DNA of 47,464 bases from Clostridia bacterium. GTDB lineage: Bacteria; Bacillota; Clostridia; Oscillospirales; CAG-272. Positions 18,507 through 27,061 of this stretch are shown here, in pieces. The stretch is from positions 1-47,464 of the forward strand of contig JAFQHD010000074.1 in assembly GCA_017398145.1 (NCBI GenBank), given 5' to 3'. The notes beneath the pieces were generated by a model. That model made no database searches. It was not told the DNA's origin and saw only the letters and a list, made by a program, of their open reading frames with translations. How positions within the stretch are numbered: position 1 is the first letter of the stretch; each line of letters begins with the position of its first letter. A program made the translations under genes and the position numbers.

Positions 18507-18600
18507 AAAAATTCCACCTCGAAAATATGTTGAGTTCAGATATGCCAAATCCTATCTTGAAATAACAATTATCCCATTATAGGTACAATTATGTCTTATA

Positions 18601-18629
18601 ATGATAACACGAAAACCCTTAAAAATCAA
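18601..18629 (-). promoter_or_regulatory. Putative sigmaA promoter of the pilus operon
   Basis: TTGATT-17 nt-TATCAT on the minus strand. Confidence 0.45.
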
Positions 18630-18706
18630 TAGTGTGCTTTATATTTTCAGCACTGTTTTACGTTAAATTTGACCACAAAATACGCAACAAACAAATAAAT
18701 AAGTAA

Positions 18707-18866
18707 AGTAGTATGTGCTATACTGTTTGTGTTAGATGCTTTCATCTTTCAATCCTCCTGTTTTTGGGGTGCGGTCGCCAAACCACCTCCATTTTACTAC
18801 AGGGGGATTTCTTTTTCAACTTGAAGCTAAAGCTACTTGACTCCACCTGCATAGCAGGTGGTTTAT
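18707..18866 (-). mobile_element. IS200-family left-end relic with the first ~12 codons of tnpA
   Basis: Hairpin CCACCTGCTATGCAGGTGG (18843-18861), leader, AGGAGG RBS, then ATG 18745 giving MKASNTNSIAHT (like the NSL.HT start of Y1 TnpA). Similarity stops there. Confidence 0.65.
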
Positions 18867-18883
18867 TGGCGTTACCAAACAGT

Positions 18884-18912
18884 AAAATACCGCCGAGACT
18901 CGGCGGTATTTT
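18884..18912. terminator. Bidirectional intrinsic terminator
   Basis: Perfect palindrome AAAATACCGCCGAG-A-CTCGGCGGTATTTT directly after the XRE gene stop. Confidence 0.85.
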
Positions 18913-20052
18913 CTATTTAAGGGCTTTTATTCTTTGATAAACCGATAAAAGGATCTCGTTATCCGGGTTCTCCTTTACCGAATCGTCGAGAAGCTCCCAA
19001 AATAGTTTTGGTGTAAACCAAAGTCCTCTTTCGAGGTAAAAATACGAGTCGTGCACTGCCGTCACAAATTTCTTGTTATTGTATTCGCGGTACTCGACCT
19101 TTGCCTCAATTCCATCTACAAAATGCGAACGGTAGGTAAGCGTAGCACCTTCGGGCAAATTCCACATTTTCTCGATAAATTCAATCAACTCAAGCAAAAT
19201 TTTGTCTGCCTTGTCGCTTTCACCAATACGGTAATAGATCTTTGCCAATCTTAAACCAAGCCTTGCTCTGTGTACTGACCACAGATCTATCTCGCCGTCT
19301 CCGATAATTTCATATCCACAGGAGCTTATGTCACATATAAGATCGCACAGCTTGATCTGAATACGTATTCTCTTGATCTCGGTCATAGTATCGGTATCTC
19401 CGTTTGAGTCCAATACCACAAGATCAGAACCGAAGGAATATTCCACTAAATGTTCAAGGTGATCCTTTCGTAATATCTCGAGCATTTCATAATCACGGCG
19501 AGAGTTATATCTTACATTGAGTATTCCGTATACAGCATAACTCATACCGTAAAAATATTCATTGATATAGTCGTCCAGCTCCTCTTCGGGACATAATCGA
19601 AGAAGTGCTGCAGAGGCTTCGCTTCTGTACCGTATATTCTTTGACTCCTTCAAAAGCCGCTTGGCTGAGGCAACACCCGTATCCACGGCAGTTTGGTCAT
19701 CCAACAAATCGGTTGTAACCCAGCATAACTGCCAATCTATATCGTGATCATCAGGATAACTTTTCTTATGCTCTATGAGAAAATCATACTTTTTCCTCGG
19801 TTCCTCCATACGGTCGTATTCGCCCCAGTCTATATTCGGGCTGTCGTTATTTCCCAAAAGTGTGTCCACACTTACTCCGAAATGACGGGCTATGGAGCAC
19901 AATAGTTCAATATCCGGATATGATGCTTTTTGAGAGCTTTCCCAACGGCTGACAGATTGCAGAGATACGCCGAATATATCCGCTAACTGCTCCTGTGTCA
20001 ACCCTGCGTCAAGTCGGTATTTTCGTAAATTCTCTCCAAATTTCAAGTTCAT
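18913..20052 (-). CDS. XRE-family HTH regulator with long helical C-terminal domain
   Basis: LTQEQLADIFGVSLQSVSRWE...YPDIELL..IA..FGVSVD.LLG plus ~310 aa C-terminal region. Confidence 0.88.
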   Translation of the reverse strand: MNLKFGENLRKYRLDAGLTQEQLADIFGVSLQSVSRWESSQKASYPDIELLCSIARHFGVSVDTLLGNNDSPNIDWGEYDRMEEPRKKYDFLIEHKKSYPDDHDIDWQLCWVTTDLLDDQTAVDTGVASAKRLLKESKNIRYRSEASAALLRLCPEEELDDYINEYFYGMSYAVYGILNVRYNSRRDYEMLEILRKDHLEHLVEYSFGSDLVVLDSNGDTDTMTEIKRIRIQIKLCDLICDISSCGYEIIGDGEIDLWSVHRARLGLRLAKIYYRIGESDKADKILLELIEFIEKMWNLPEGATLTYRSHFVDGIEAKVEYREYNNKKFVTAVHDSYFYLERGLWFTPKLFWELLDDSVKENPDNEILLSVYQRIKALK

Positions 20053-20174
20053 AACTACCTCCGAAATTTCATTTCAAACCGGTTTGTATTCTTATTGTAA
20101 CACGGCGGTATTGGTTTGTGAATAGCATATAACGGGATTTTATTTCTTGTAATACAGGAAACCAAGTAAAACAA

Positions 20175-20206
20175 CATAGCACCTTGTCGTAAGACAAAGT
20201 GCTATT
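20175..20206. terminator. Probable terminator of the 20225-20782 gene
   Basis: ATAGCAC-CTTGTC-GTAA-GACAAA-GTGCTAT imperfect hairpin. Confidence 0.55.
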
Positions 20207-20224
20207 ATCATATATACTGCATTA

Positions 20225-20782
20225 TTAGTTCGTTTTAACAAACACCTTGATCTCATCAAGATTCGACAGGATAAAGCGCTGGGCGTTTTCGTTATACTCC
20301 ACGGCACTGTACGCCTGTCCTTCTCTGTTCTGCTTAAGGGTCAGGGTGATACCGAGAGCCTCTCCGCTTTGGGTGGGAAGTCTTCTGTTCTTGCCTGTAT
20401 TTTGTTCAAGCACCTTGACGAGATAGCCTTGTGCTTCAAGCCAGTTATTTATCTGTATAGGTGAAATTGCTTTCATCGCAGGATTGTCTGCCAAAGCGGC
20501 AAGCTGCTTTGATATTTCGCTTACGCCAACGGGATAAGGCGGGAAATTATATCTTGCAAGCTGCTCTGCCGTGATAGAAAAAGGTATCTTGCCATCTCTG
20601 TTCACGCCGCCGTTCTCTATGACCTGACGCAATATATCCGACACGTAGAAAAAGCATCGGGTCAGCCGTGAGTTGTTTACGATATCCCCCTCGGGGATAG
20701 GTGTACCATCAAGAGGATTTATACCCTCTGCCAGTTTGTCGATAAAAGATTTCGCATACGCTATCTTTTCCATTTCTGTCAT
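20225..20782 (-). CDS. Hypothetical protein, possible C-terminal winged-helix DNA-binding domain
   Basis: Start at ATG 20782 after GGAGGG; LAEGINPLDG..., GVSEISKQL...INNWLEAQGYL...RLPTQSGEALGI. Confidence 0.75.
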   Translation of the reverse strand: MTEMEKIAYAKSFIDKLAEGINPLDGTPIPEGDIVNNSRLTRCFFYVSDILRQVIENGGVNRDGKIPFSITAEQLARYNFPPYPVGVSEISKQLAALADNPAMKAISPIQINNWLEAQGYLVKVLEQNTGKNRRLPTQSGEALGITLTLKQNREGQAYSAVEYNENAQRFILSNLDEIKVFVKTN

Positions 20783-20799
20783 CTTTACACCCTCCATGT

Positions 20800-20849
20800 G
20801 AACATCTGTTCGTTTTGGCTATTGTAGCATATTTTCAAATAATTGTCAA
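20800..20849 (-). promoter_or_regulatory. sigmaA promoter with downstream LexA (Cheo) box
   Basis: TTGACA(20849-20844)-17 nt-TACAAT(20826-20821) with extended TG; GAACATCTGTTC (GAAC-N4-GTTC) at 20800-20811. Confidence 0.7.
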
Positions 20850-20859
20850 GAGTAATATA

Positions 20860-20885
20860 TTCTCATTATCTGAGAAAATTTCTCA
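20860..20885. promoter_or_regulatory. Overlapping palindromes, probable XRE operator
   Basis: TGAGAAA-A-TTTCTCA (20871-20885) and TTCTCA-N5-TGAGAA (20860-20876) in the divergent intergenic region. Confidence 0.45.
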
Positions 20886-20979
20886 CAAACTGTGCGCTTG
20901 ATTGGAATATAAAAATATGATATAGTGTTCTTGCCGGTAAATATTTTCTCTGTGCAGAGCAAACGGAATGGAGTATAAT

Positions 20980-22173
20980 ATGAAATTAAATTTAGGAAAT
21001 CAAATACGTCTGAACCGCCGCCGTTTGGACCTAACTCAGGAACAATTAGCTGAGGAATTCGGAACATCCCCTCAGGCTATTTCCCGTTGGGAAAACGGAA
21101 CAACTTACCCGGATATAGAAATGCTGCCTATGATAGCATCATTTTTCGGAACCTCTGTGGATGCGTTGCTAGAACGAACCGAGGAAGAAAAACAAAAGAT
21201 CTGTGACGAGCTTCAAAAAAGCTTTGAAAATGCAGTACGTTCGGGGGATACAGAAAAAACTGTCGAGCTGATGCGTGAAATGCGCCTCAACCTGCACGAG
21301 TATCATAAAATTTGGTTTTGGGGTGTGTATAGTGAGATCTGGCATGCACGTCTGTTCCATAACAAAAAGGTACTTCAAGAAATGCGTCTTTTAGCAGAAA
21401 AGATCATATCCTCCGGACCAAAGGATCAACAGGTTGGAATAATAGAATGGATGGCGGATATGGAGGACGATGAGCATATCGAAGAATTTTTAGATACCTA
21501 TGCAAACAGAAATCACATGGACCGTTGGTATCTGTTGTTCAACAGATATAAGATGCGCGAGGAGCTTGATAAAATAGAGCCTGTAAGACAGTATATACTG
21601 TGGAAGCAGTTGTCCGATATCGTAAGCACCCCCAACGACTGGCAGGTATATCTTTGCAAGGATCCCATTCACTTCATCTGGTACTGCGAAACCCAGTTAA
21701 ATTATCTTAACGCCGCTAACTGCTTAAAACCCGCTGACACTCATATCATCAGCGGAGGTATCACTGAGCCGGATCTGTGGTGTACCGAAAGGATTCTTTT
21801 AGGCTTAAGATATACGGCATCCTTTGCCAAGCTCGGAAAAACGGATGAGGCTTATATCGCCTTTGAAGATACGATACGCGTTGTAGAACAGGTTATGGCA
21901 ATAAAAGATGACGAATTTGAGCTTGGGTGCTCCTGTCCTGCCCTTAAAGACCTTACTCTCAAATCCGAGTTCTATTGGTCGGAAAAAGACGAAAAGGAAT
22001 ATAAAAATCTTTACATGTCAAAAAATGATTGGTGCAACTGTATCGTCCCCTTGGATTACCAAAAAGCCTTAGAAGAATCTTGGTTTGATTCTATAAGAGC
22101 AGACCGACGGTTTGACATCCTTTTTGAAAGATTAAATAACTGCGTTATTTGCAGAGATAGGTTTACAGAATGA
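20980..22173 (+). CDS. XRE-family HTH regulator with long C-terminal domain (paralog of 18913-20052)
   Basis: LTQEQLAEEFGTSPQAISRWENGTTYPDIEML; shares D-L-W...R..LGLR with the paralog. Start 20980 after GGAG. Confidence 0.88.
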   Translation: MKLNLGNQIRLNRRRLDLTQEQLAEEFGTSPQAISRWENGTTYPDIEMLPMIASFFGTSVDALLERTEEEKQKICDELQKSFENAVRSGDTEKTVELMREMRLNLHEYHKIWFWGVYSEIWHARLFHNKKVLQEMRLLAEKIISSGPKDQQVGIIEWMADMEDDEHIEEFLDTYANRNHMDRWYLLFNRYKMREELDKIEPVRQYILWKQLSDIVSTPNDWQVYLCKDPIHFIWYCETQLNYLNAANCLKPADTHIISGGITEPDLWCTERILLGLRYTASFAKLGKTDEAYIAFEDTIRVVEQVMAIKDDEFELGCSCPALKDLTLKSEFYWSEKDEKEYKNLYMSKNDWCNCIVPLDYQKALEESWFDSIRADRRFDILFERLNNCVICRDRFTE

Positions 22174-22183
22174 TTCTTTAATA

Positions 22184-22222
22184 AACATAGCCTCGGAGAT
22201 TGCCGCTGTCCGAGGCTATGTT
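22184..22222. terminator. Bidirectional terminator between convergent XRE genes
   Basis: AACATAGCCTCGGA...TCCGAGGCTATGTT. Confidence 0.8.
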
Positions 22223-22233
22223 ATTCTATATAT

Positions 22234-23079
22234 TTATTTCAAATACGGTTTACCCCTGCCCTCGTTATAATAACAGAATACACCGGGCTTATCTATCATT
22301 TCTCTTGCGAATATCAGAAAGGCTACAAAGGACGGTGTAGGTTGGAATTGATATACCGTTTGTATCTCATCATCCATTTCTATCTGCGACGGATATACTA
22401 AATAATATTTTTTAAGTAATTCTAACACCTCGGTTGCTTTTTCAAAGGTGATACCCATATTATTAACAAGCAGGTTGGGGGTAAAGAGCTTTTTGTGATG
22501 CCGTTTATGCAGCATAACACAGGTATTAAAGACATCGGGATCCGAAAAATCCTTAAAGAATGCAGGATAATCAATCCCATTAAAAAGCGCAACCTCGGTA
22601 TCTTTAGTTTCAGGTACGATCAAAAAATACTGCAAGCGGTTAGCAAGACCCATACGGGTGAAACCGTAATCTGTCATAACCGACGAATAATGCTGGGCAT
22701 CCTCCGTAATATTCTTCTCGTACTCCTCTACACTGCCGTCCTCGATCAGATTCAAATCGCTCATCATTGCTCTTTCAATATCCCAGCAATAATTGAATAC
22801 TTCCTTGAATACTTTTTCATTTGTTGACTCGTTTATCTTTTTCATCAAAGCCGACCGCATATCGCTGTAATCGGTAATATTCCGCCCAAAAAGTGAGTCC
22901 ACCGAAACCGAAAAGAAATCGGCTATTTTAGGCAAAAGCTCGGTATCCGGAACACCGCCGTTCTCCCATTTCGATACTGCCTGATTGCTGACCCCTACGT
23001 ACTTTGCAAGCTCTTCCTGTTTTATCCCTTTTTCCTTTCGCATAGATGCTATTTGTTTGCCGATCATTTCAATACTCAT
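22234..23079 (-). CDS. XRE-family HTH regulator with C-terminal domain
   Basis: IKQEELAKYVGVSNQAVSKWENGGVPDTELLPKIADFF. Confidence 0.88.
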   Translation of the reverse strand: MSIEMIGKQIASMRKEKGIKQEELAKYVGVSNQAVSKWENGGVPDTELLPKIADFFSVSVDSLFGRNITDYSDMRSALMKKINESTNEKVFKEVFNYCWDIERAMMSDLNLIEDGSVEEYEKNITEDAQHYSSVMTDYGFTRMGLANRLQYFLIVPETKDTEVALFNGIDYPAFFKDFSDPDVFNTCVMLHKRHHKKLFTPNLLVNNMGITFEKATEVLELLKKYYLVYPSQIEMDDEIQTVYQFQPTPSFVAFLIFAREMIDKPGVFCYYNEGRGKPYLK

Positions 23080-23124
23080 AGTAGTTCTCCTTTGAAATAT
23101 TTGAAAGCCGCTTTCTTTATGTAT

Positions 23125-23192
23125 ATGATATCACAAACACAGGTTGATTTCAATGGAGGCAGTATTGATAAAATCAAACGGCGGTTGATTTC
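23125..23192 (-). promoter_or_regulatory. Promoter and probable autoregulatory operator of the 22234-23079 XRE gene
   Basis: TTGAAA-17 nt-TATCAT; palindrome AAATCAA-N7-TTGATTT (23171-23191); GGTTGATTTC repeated at 23142 over the -35. Confidence 0.5.
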
Positions 23193-23298
23193 GTTTCTAC
23201 TTGACTGCTAAATTCCAATCGTATATAATTATATAAAAATATACAAGCTCAAAGCATGATTTTATAGTTGAAACTCTAAGAAAGACAAGGTGTAAATA

Positions 23299-23721
23299 AT
23301 GTATAGATCAAAAATGATGATAGTTATGAGACGCGATCTCAAGATGAGGAAAGGTAAGATCGCCGCACAGGCAGGCCACGCCTGCACCGAGGCTCTGCTT
23401 ATGGCATTGAAAAAAGAAGATCGCTTAAACGACCTTGTTATGACCGATGAGGGAATGTTGTTGAATACAGATAGTAAGCTCGCCACTCCTCTTTCCGATT
23501 GGTTTAATTATGGTTGTGCTAAGATATGCGTATATGTTGACTCAGAGGAAGAATTGTTGAATATAGCAGCCGCGGCAAAAGAAAAAAGCATCATAGCTGC
23601 CGTCATTACTGATGCGGGAATGACAGAATTTCACGGCGAGCCTACAAAGACCTGCCTTGCCCTTGAGCCCCTACCCTCGGATATTGCCGATGAGTTGACG
23701 GGTAGCTTACCTTTGTACTAA
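23299..23721 (+). CDS. pth2: Peptidyl-tRNA hydrolase type 2
   Basis: KMMIVMRRDLKMRKGKIAAQAGHA, AKIC, ITDAGMTE, TKTCLAL; promoter TTGACT-17-TATAAT at 23201-23229. Confidence 0.92.
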   Translation: MYRSKMMIVMRRDLKMRKGKIAAQAGHACTEALLMALKKEDRLNDLVMTDEGMLLNTDSKLATPLSDWFNYGCAKICVYVDSEEELLNIAAAAKEKSIIAAVITDAGMTEFHGEPTKTCLALEPLPSDIADELTGSLPLY

Positions 23722-23728
23722 TACAAAA

Positions 23729-23756
23729 ATCCCATTGACCGTAAGATCAATGGGAT
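23729..23756. terminator. Terminator between convergent pth2 and glycerate kinase
   Basis: ATCCCATTGA...TCAATGGGAT hairpin. Confidence 0.75.
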
Positions 23757-23760
23757 AATT

Positions 23761-24870
23761 TTATATAGTGAGAAGTTTCATCACATTATATGCAGTCCTG
23801 TAAAGTGAGGGCTCGTTTATAAGCCTTGCTTCCTTAAAGGACAGAGCTTTTCGCTGAATAGAAAATACAGCGGTGACACCCATATCATAGCAGGCATCCG
23901 ATTCTTCTGCTGCACCGCAGAGAACGATAAGAGGAATGTTCTTTGCCTTCGTACGGGAGGCTATACCGGATATCGCCTTTCCGTCCATACTTTGGGAATC
24001 GAACTTTCCCTCTCCGGTAAACACAAGATCGGCATCTTCAAGCTCTCGGTCAAAATTCTTTGTATCGAGAACAACATCTATACCCAAGCGCAGCTTTGAT
24101 CCAAAAAAGGCTACCATTCCGCCGCCGCATCCGCCTGCAGCACCCGCTCCGGGAAGAAGCGCAACGTCAGCTCCGAGATCACGCTTGACTATCTCGGCAC
24201 AATGCTTCATAGCATTATCAAGCACAGGTACAACATCCGGTTTTGCTCCCTTCTGGGGAGCAAATACATATGAAGCTCCTTTGGGACCGCAAAGGGGATT
24301 GTCTATATCGCACATTGTTACAAATTCGCATTCCGAAATTCGAGAGTCAAGTCCCGATGCGTCAATGCGGTCTATATGAGCAAGCGAAACGCCCGAAGGC
24401 ACAAAGCTTCTGCCACCTCTGTTATGGAATTTTACACCCAAAGCCGCCGCCATTCCGCAGCCCATATCGTTGGTAGAGCTGCCGCCGAGAGCGACGATAA
24501 ATTTTCTAAAGCCTGCATCAAGAGCCGCCAAAATAAGCTGACCAACTCCAAAAGTAGTAGCAGTCTCAGGCTCAAGGCGAACCGCCATAGGCAGTCCCGC
24601 ACAGGCGGCAAGCTCGATCACCGCCGTGTCACCCAAAACTCCGTAAAAGCTGTCAACGTTTTCAAACTGAGAACCCTTAACCTGTACGGGTACCTTCTCG
24701 GCACCCAGAGCATCTATAGTTCCCTCTCCGCCGTCAGCGATAGGCATAAGAACGGTCTCACATTCGGGACACACATCCTTCACCGCACGGTCTATAGTCT
24801 CTGCCACTCTGCGGGCAGACAGAGTTCCTTTATATGAATCGGGAGCGATAATAATTTTATTAATACTCAT
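23761..24870 (-). CDS. glxK: Glycerate kinase (class I)
   Basis: IIIAPDSYKGT, ADGGEGT, LGGSSTND, GAAGGCG and TGEGKFDSQS. Start trimmed to ATG 24870. Confidence 0.93.
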   Translation of the reverse strand: MSINKIIIAPDSYKGTLSARRVAETIDRAVKDVCPECETVLMPIADGGEGTIDALGAEKVPVQVKGSQFENVDSFYGVLGDTAVIELAACAGLPMAVRLEPETATTFGVGQLILAALDAGFRKFIVALGGSSTNDMGCGMAAALGVKFHNRGGRSFVPSGVSLAHIDRIDASGLDSRISECEFVTMCDIDNPLCGPKGASYVFAPQKGAKPDVVPVLDNAMKHCAEIVKRDLGADVALLPGAGAAGGCGGGMVAFFGSKLRLGIDVVLDTKNFDRELEDADLVFTGEGKFDSQSMDGKAISGIASRTKAKNIPLIVLCGAAEESDACYDMGVTAVFSIQRKALSFKEARLINEPSLYRTAYNVMKLLTI

Positions 24871-24956
24871 TATGTATAACTTCTCCAAAAGGGTAATATA
24901 ATATAGTGTAATTGTACCACAGAAATATACAATAATCAAGAAAAAATAAAAAATAC

Positions 24957-24985
24957 TTGACAAAGGATTTTAAGTGTGCTATAAT
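24957..24985 (+). promoter_or_regulatory. sigmaA promoter of the tRNA pair
   Basis: TTGACA-17 nt-TATAAT with extended TG and an A-rich UP element. Confidence 0.85.
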
Positions 24986-25005
24986 ATTCAAGCACTGAAA
25001 AAGAC

Positions 25006-25094
25006 GCCGGAGTGGCGGAACTGGCAGACGCCCGGGACTTAAAATCCCGTGGGATTAATTTCCCGTACCGGTTCGATCCCGGTTTCCGGCACCA
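25006..25094 (+). tRNA. tRNA-Leu (anticodon TAA)
   Basis: GCCGGAG/TTCCGGC acceptor stem, CGGGA-CTTAAAA-TCCCG anticodon arm, long variable arm, GGTTCGA, encoded CCA. Confidence 0.96.
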
Positions 25095-25124
25095 AGCCGG
25101 TCAAACAAAGATCGGCTTAAATAT

Positions 25125-25199
25125 CGCGGAGTAGAGCAGAGGCAGCTCGTCGGGCTCATAACCCGGAGGTCGCAGGTTCGATCCCTGTCTCCGCAACCA
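25125..25199 (+). tRNA. Initiator tRNA-fMet (anticodon CAT)
   Basis: C1:A72 mismatch, three G:C pairs in the anticodon stem (GGG-CTCATAA-CCC), GGTTCGA, encoded CCA. Confidence 0.96.
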
Positions 25200-25203
25200 A
25201 AAT

Positions 25204-25240
25204 GAAAAGGACACCAAACGGTGTCCTTTTCGTTTTGGTT
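25204..25240 (+). terminator. tRNA operon terminator
   Basis: GAAAAGGACACC-AAAC-GGTGTCCTTTTC; the stem can extend back into the tRNA 3' end (AACCAAAAT/GTTTTGGTT). Confidence 0.85.
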
Positions 25241-25244
25241 ACAG

Positions 25245-25494
25245 ATATTGTATTATACTGCGACCGACGGGTTCCCGGAGGGGAACGAGCCGAGCGCGTC
25301 CGGGGGACGATGCAGCGAGGCGAGTGAGTGGCAGCGGTCTGTATTTTCAAGGCACCGCCATGTGTCGCCGAAAATACAGGGAACCGCAACAGGACGCGGT
25401 TCGATTCCCATCAGACTATGCGACGGCGACTGGGCTTTGTTCGCACCTACTTCATCGAGGGCAGCCTTCCCTGCCTGTGCAACCAAAACGAAAA
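25245..25494. other. GC-rich structured non-coding element ending in a copy of the tRNA-fMet 3' end
   Basis: Long hairpin 25334-25387, T-arm-like GGTTCGATTCCC at 25398-25409, and GCAACCAAAACGAAAA (25479-25494) repeating 25193-25208. Confidence 0.5.
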
Positions 25495-25727
25495 TGCGCT
25501 TTGTTTCACAGCGACAACACTGTTGCTTCATTTTTCATTGAAAAAGCTAAAACAATATGTTATACTGAATTCAGACAGTAGGTCAAAAACCGTAACGATT
25601 TGTGATAATTAATGACGGGGGTTTTTATTTATTATCTGAAATTCATCAAAAAGTGTAACCAAACGAAATAAAAAGGTAGTTATATAAGTGAGGAGAGTAT
25701 CACGAGACTATCAAAGGAGGACCCGAC

Positions 25728-27008
25728 GTGAAAAAGAAAATAACCATAACAGTTATAATTCTGCTTATTGCCATTTTGATAATTCCTATACCTATGCGGC
25801 TCAAGGACGGTGGGACGGTAAAGTACCAAGCTGTTTTATACAGTATTTCCAATGTTCACCGTCTTGCACCTACCGAGGGCAACGTCAGCTACGAGGACGG
25901 GGTCATAATTGAAATGCTCGGAATTGAGGTATTCAACAACGTCAAGAAAGCTCCCTCTGCAGAGGATCCCGAGGACGGTTCACCGCCTGCGTCAGAGCAG
26001 GAAGAAGAGCCTGTGCTTACGGTTTATGGCTTTGAGGTCTCTTATGCAAACACACCGAAAACAAACAAGATCTACCGCGACACCCTGAACCCTAAAAAAC
26101 TTGCCGATTCAAGCGTTCGTCATCTGCCGATATATAAGCTTGATAACCTTGAGGCGCTTGAAAGGTTCAAGTCTGATTTTGCAGAGGAGTTCGTTATGAC
26201 CAGCGGCTATGACGAGATTCCTTCCTTCAACGAAGTCACCAAAAAATATACCGAGAATTTTTTCGAGGGAAGCTGTCTCTTTCTGGTTTACGTTGATTCG
26301 CCCAACTCGACTCACCGTTTTGCTCTGGAGGGAATAAACATAGACGAAGAATATTTCTGTATTCATATAGAGGAGACCACGGGGGCTGAGACTGTGGACG
26401 ATGCGTTGTCGGGATGGTTTATCACCGTTGCAGTATCAAGTGAGTCTGCTAAAGACTGTACCGAATTTGATGCAGTTCTGAACCACGGCTTGGAGCTTGT
26501 TATCCCCACCGTACCGGTGTTAAGAGAGCCTCCTGAGTTGTATGTTGTCTCAAACGATACGGATATTGAAGCAATGAAGGGTACGTTATCCTGGACTTAC
26601 AGCGACGAAAACGGGAAGGCGGTTACCTTAAATGCAGACAGCAGTCATCCCTTGGTACTCAAGGAACATATGCCTATGTTAGCTCTTGTACCCACAACCT
26701 ATTCAAGCATATATCCTTTAGGTGCGCGGCTTCAGTTCGGGGCTTCACCAAATGAGTTTATACCCGATACCGTGTCAGTCCGCTGCTGGCCTGCAAAAAG
26801 CTGGGGCAATTCACAAGCCGAAAGCGAAAATATCCCGGTGAATTTTGAAAACGGAAACATCTTTATCGAGCTTAAGGACGGGGATTATATTTACGAAGTG
26901 ACAGCCAACTGGAACGACTCAAAATCTACCTACGGCTCGGTCTGCTACAGCTTTTATACCTTGAAAGCAAGCGCGGATGCGGTGTTGGATTTTGAAACTA
27001 TTGAATGA
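25728..27008 (+). CDS. Membrane-anchored/secreted multi-domain hypothetical protein
   Basis: GTG start after AAGGAGG; N-terminal hydrophobic helix, LKDGGTVKYQAVLY module, P/E linker, two further acidic beta-rich domains. Confidence 0.75.
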   Translation: MKKKITITVIILLIAILIIPIPMRLKDGGTVKYQAVLYSISNVHRLAPTEGNVSYEDGVIIEMLGIEVFNNVKKAPSAEDPEDGSPPASEQEEEPVLTVYGFEVSYANTPKTNKIYRDTLNPKKLADSSVRHLPIYKLDNLEALERFKSDFAEEFVMTSGYDEIPSFNEVTKKYTENFFEGSCLFLVYVDSPNSTHRFALEGINIDEEYFCIHIEETTGAETVDDALSGWFITVAVSSESAKDCTEFDAVLNHGLELVIPTVPVLREPPELYVVSNDTDIEAMKGTLSWTYSDENGKAVTLNADSSHPLVLKEHMPMLALVPTTYSSIYPLGARLQFGASPNEFIPDTVSVRCWPAKSWGNSQAESENIPVNFENGNIFIELKDGDYIYEVTANWNDSKSTYGSVCYSFYTLKASADAVLDFETIE

Positions 27009-27061
27009 ATAATATAACGATAGAAAGACTGCCGAATGGCAGCCTTTTCGGTTTATTACAG

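Noticed and set aside
18713-18937. 74-aa ORF or novel sRNA on the plus strand
   Set aside because: Better explained as the antisense of an IS200 left end plus a terminator.
24871-24963. N-terminal extension of glycerate kinase
   Set aside because: It runs through the AT-rich tRNA promoter region; the family begins at KIIIAPDS.
25156-25612. Five short overlapping ORFs
   Set aside because: They overlap tRNA-fMet and the GC-rich structured element, with no RBS or protein motifs.
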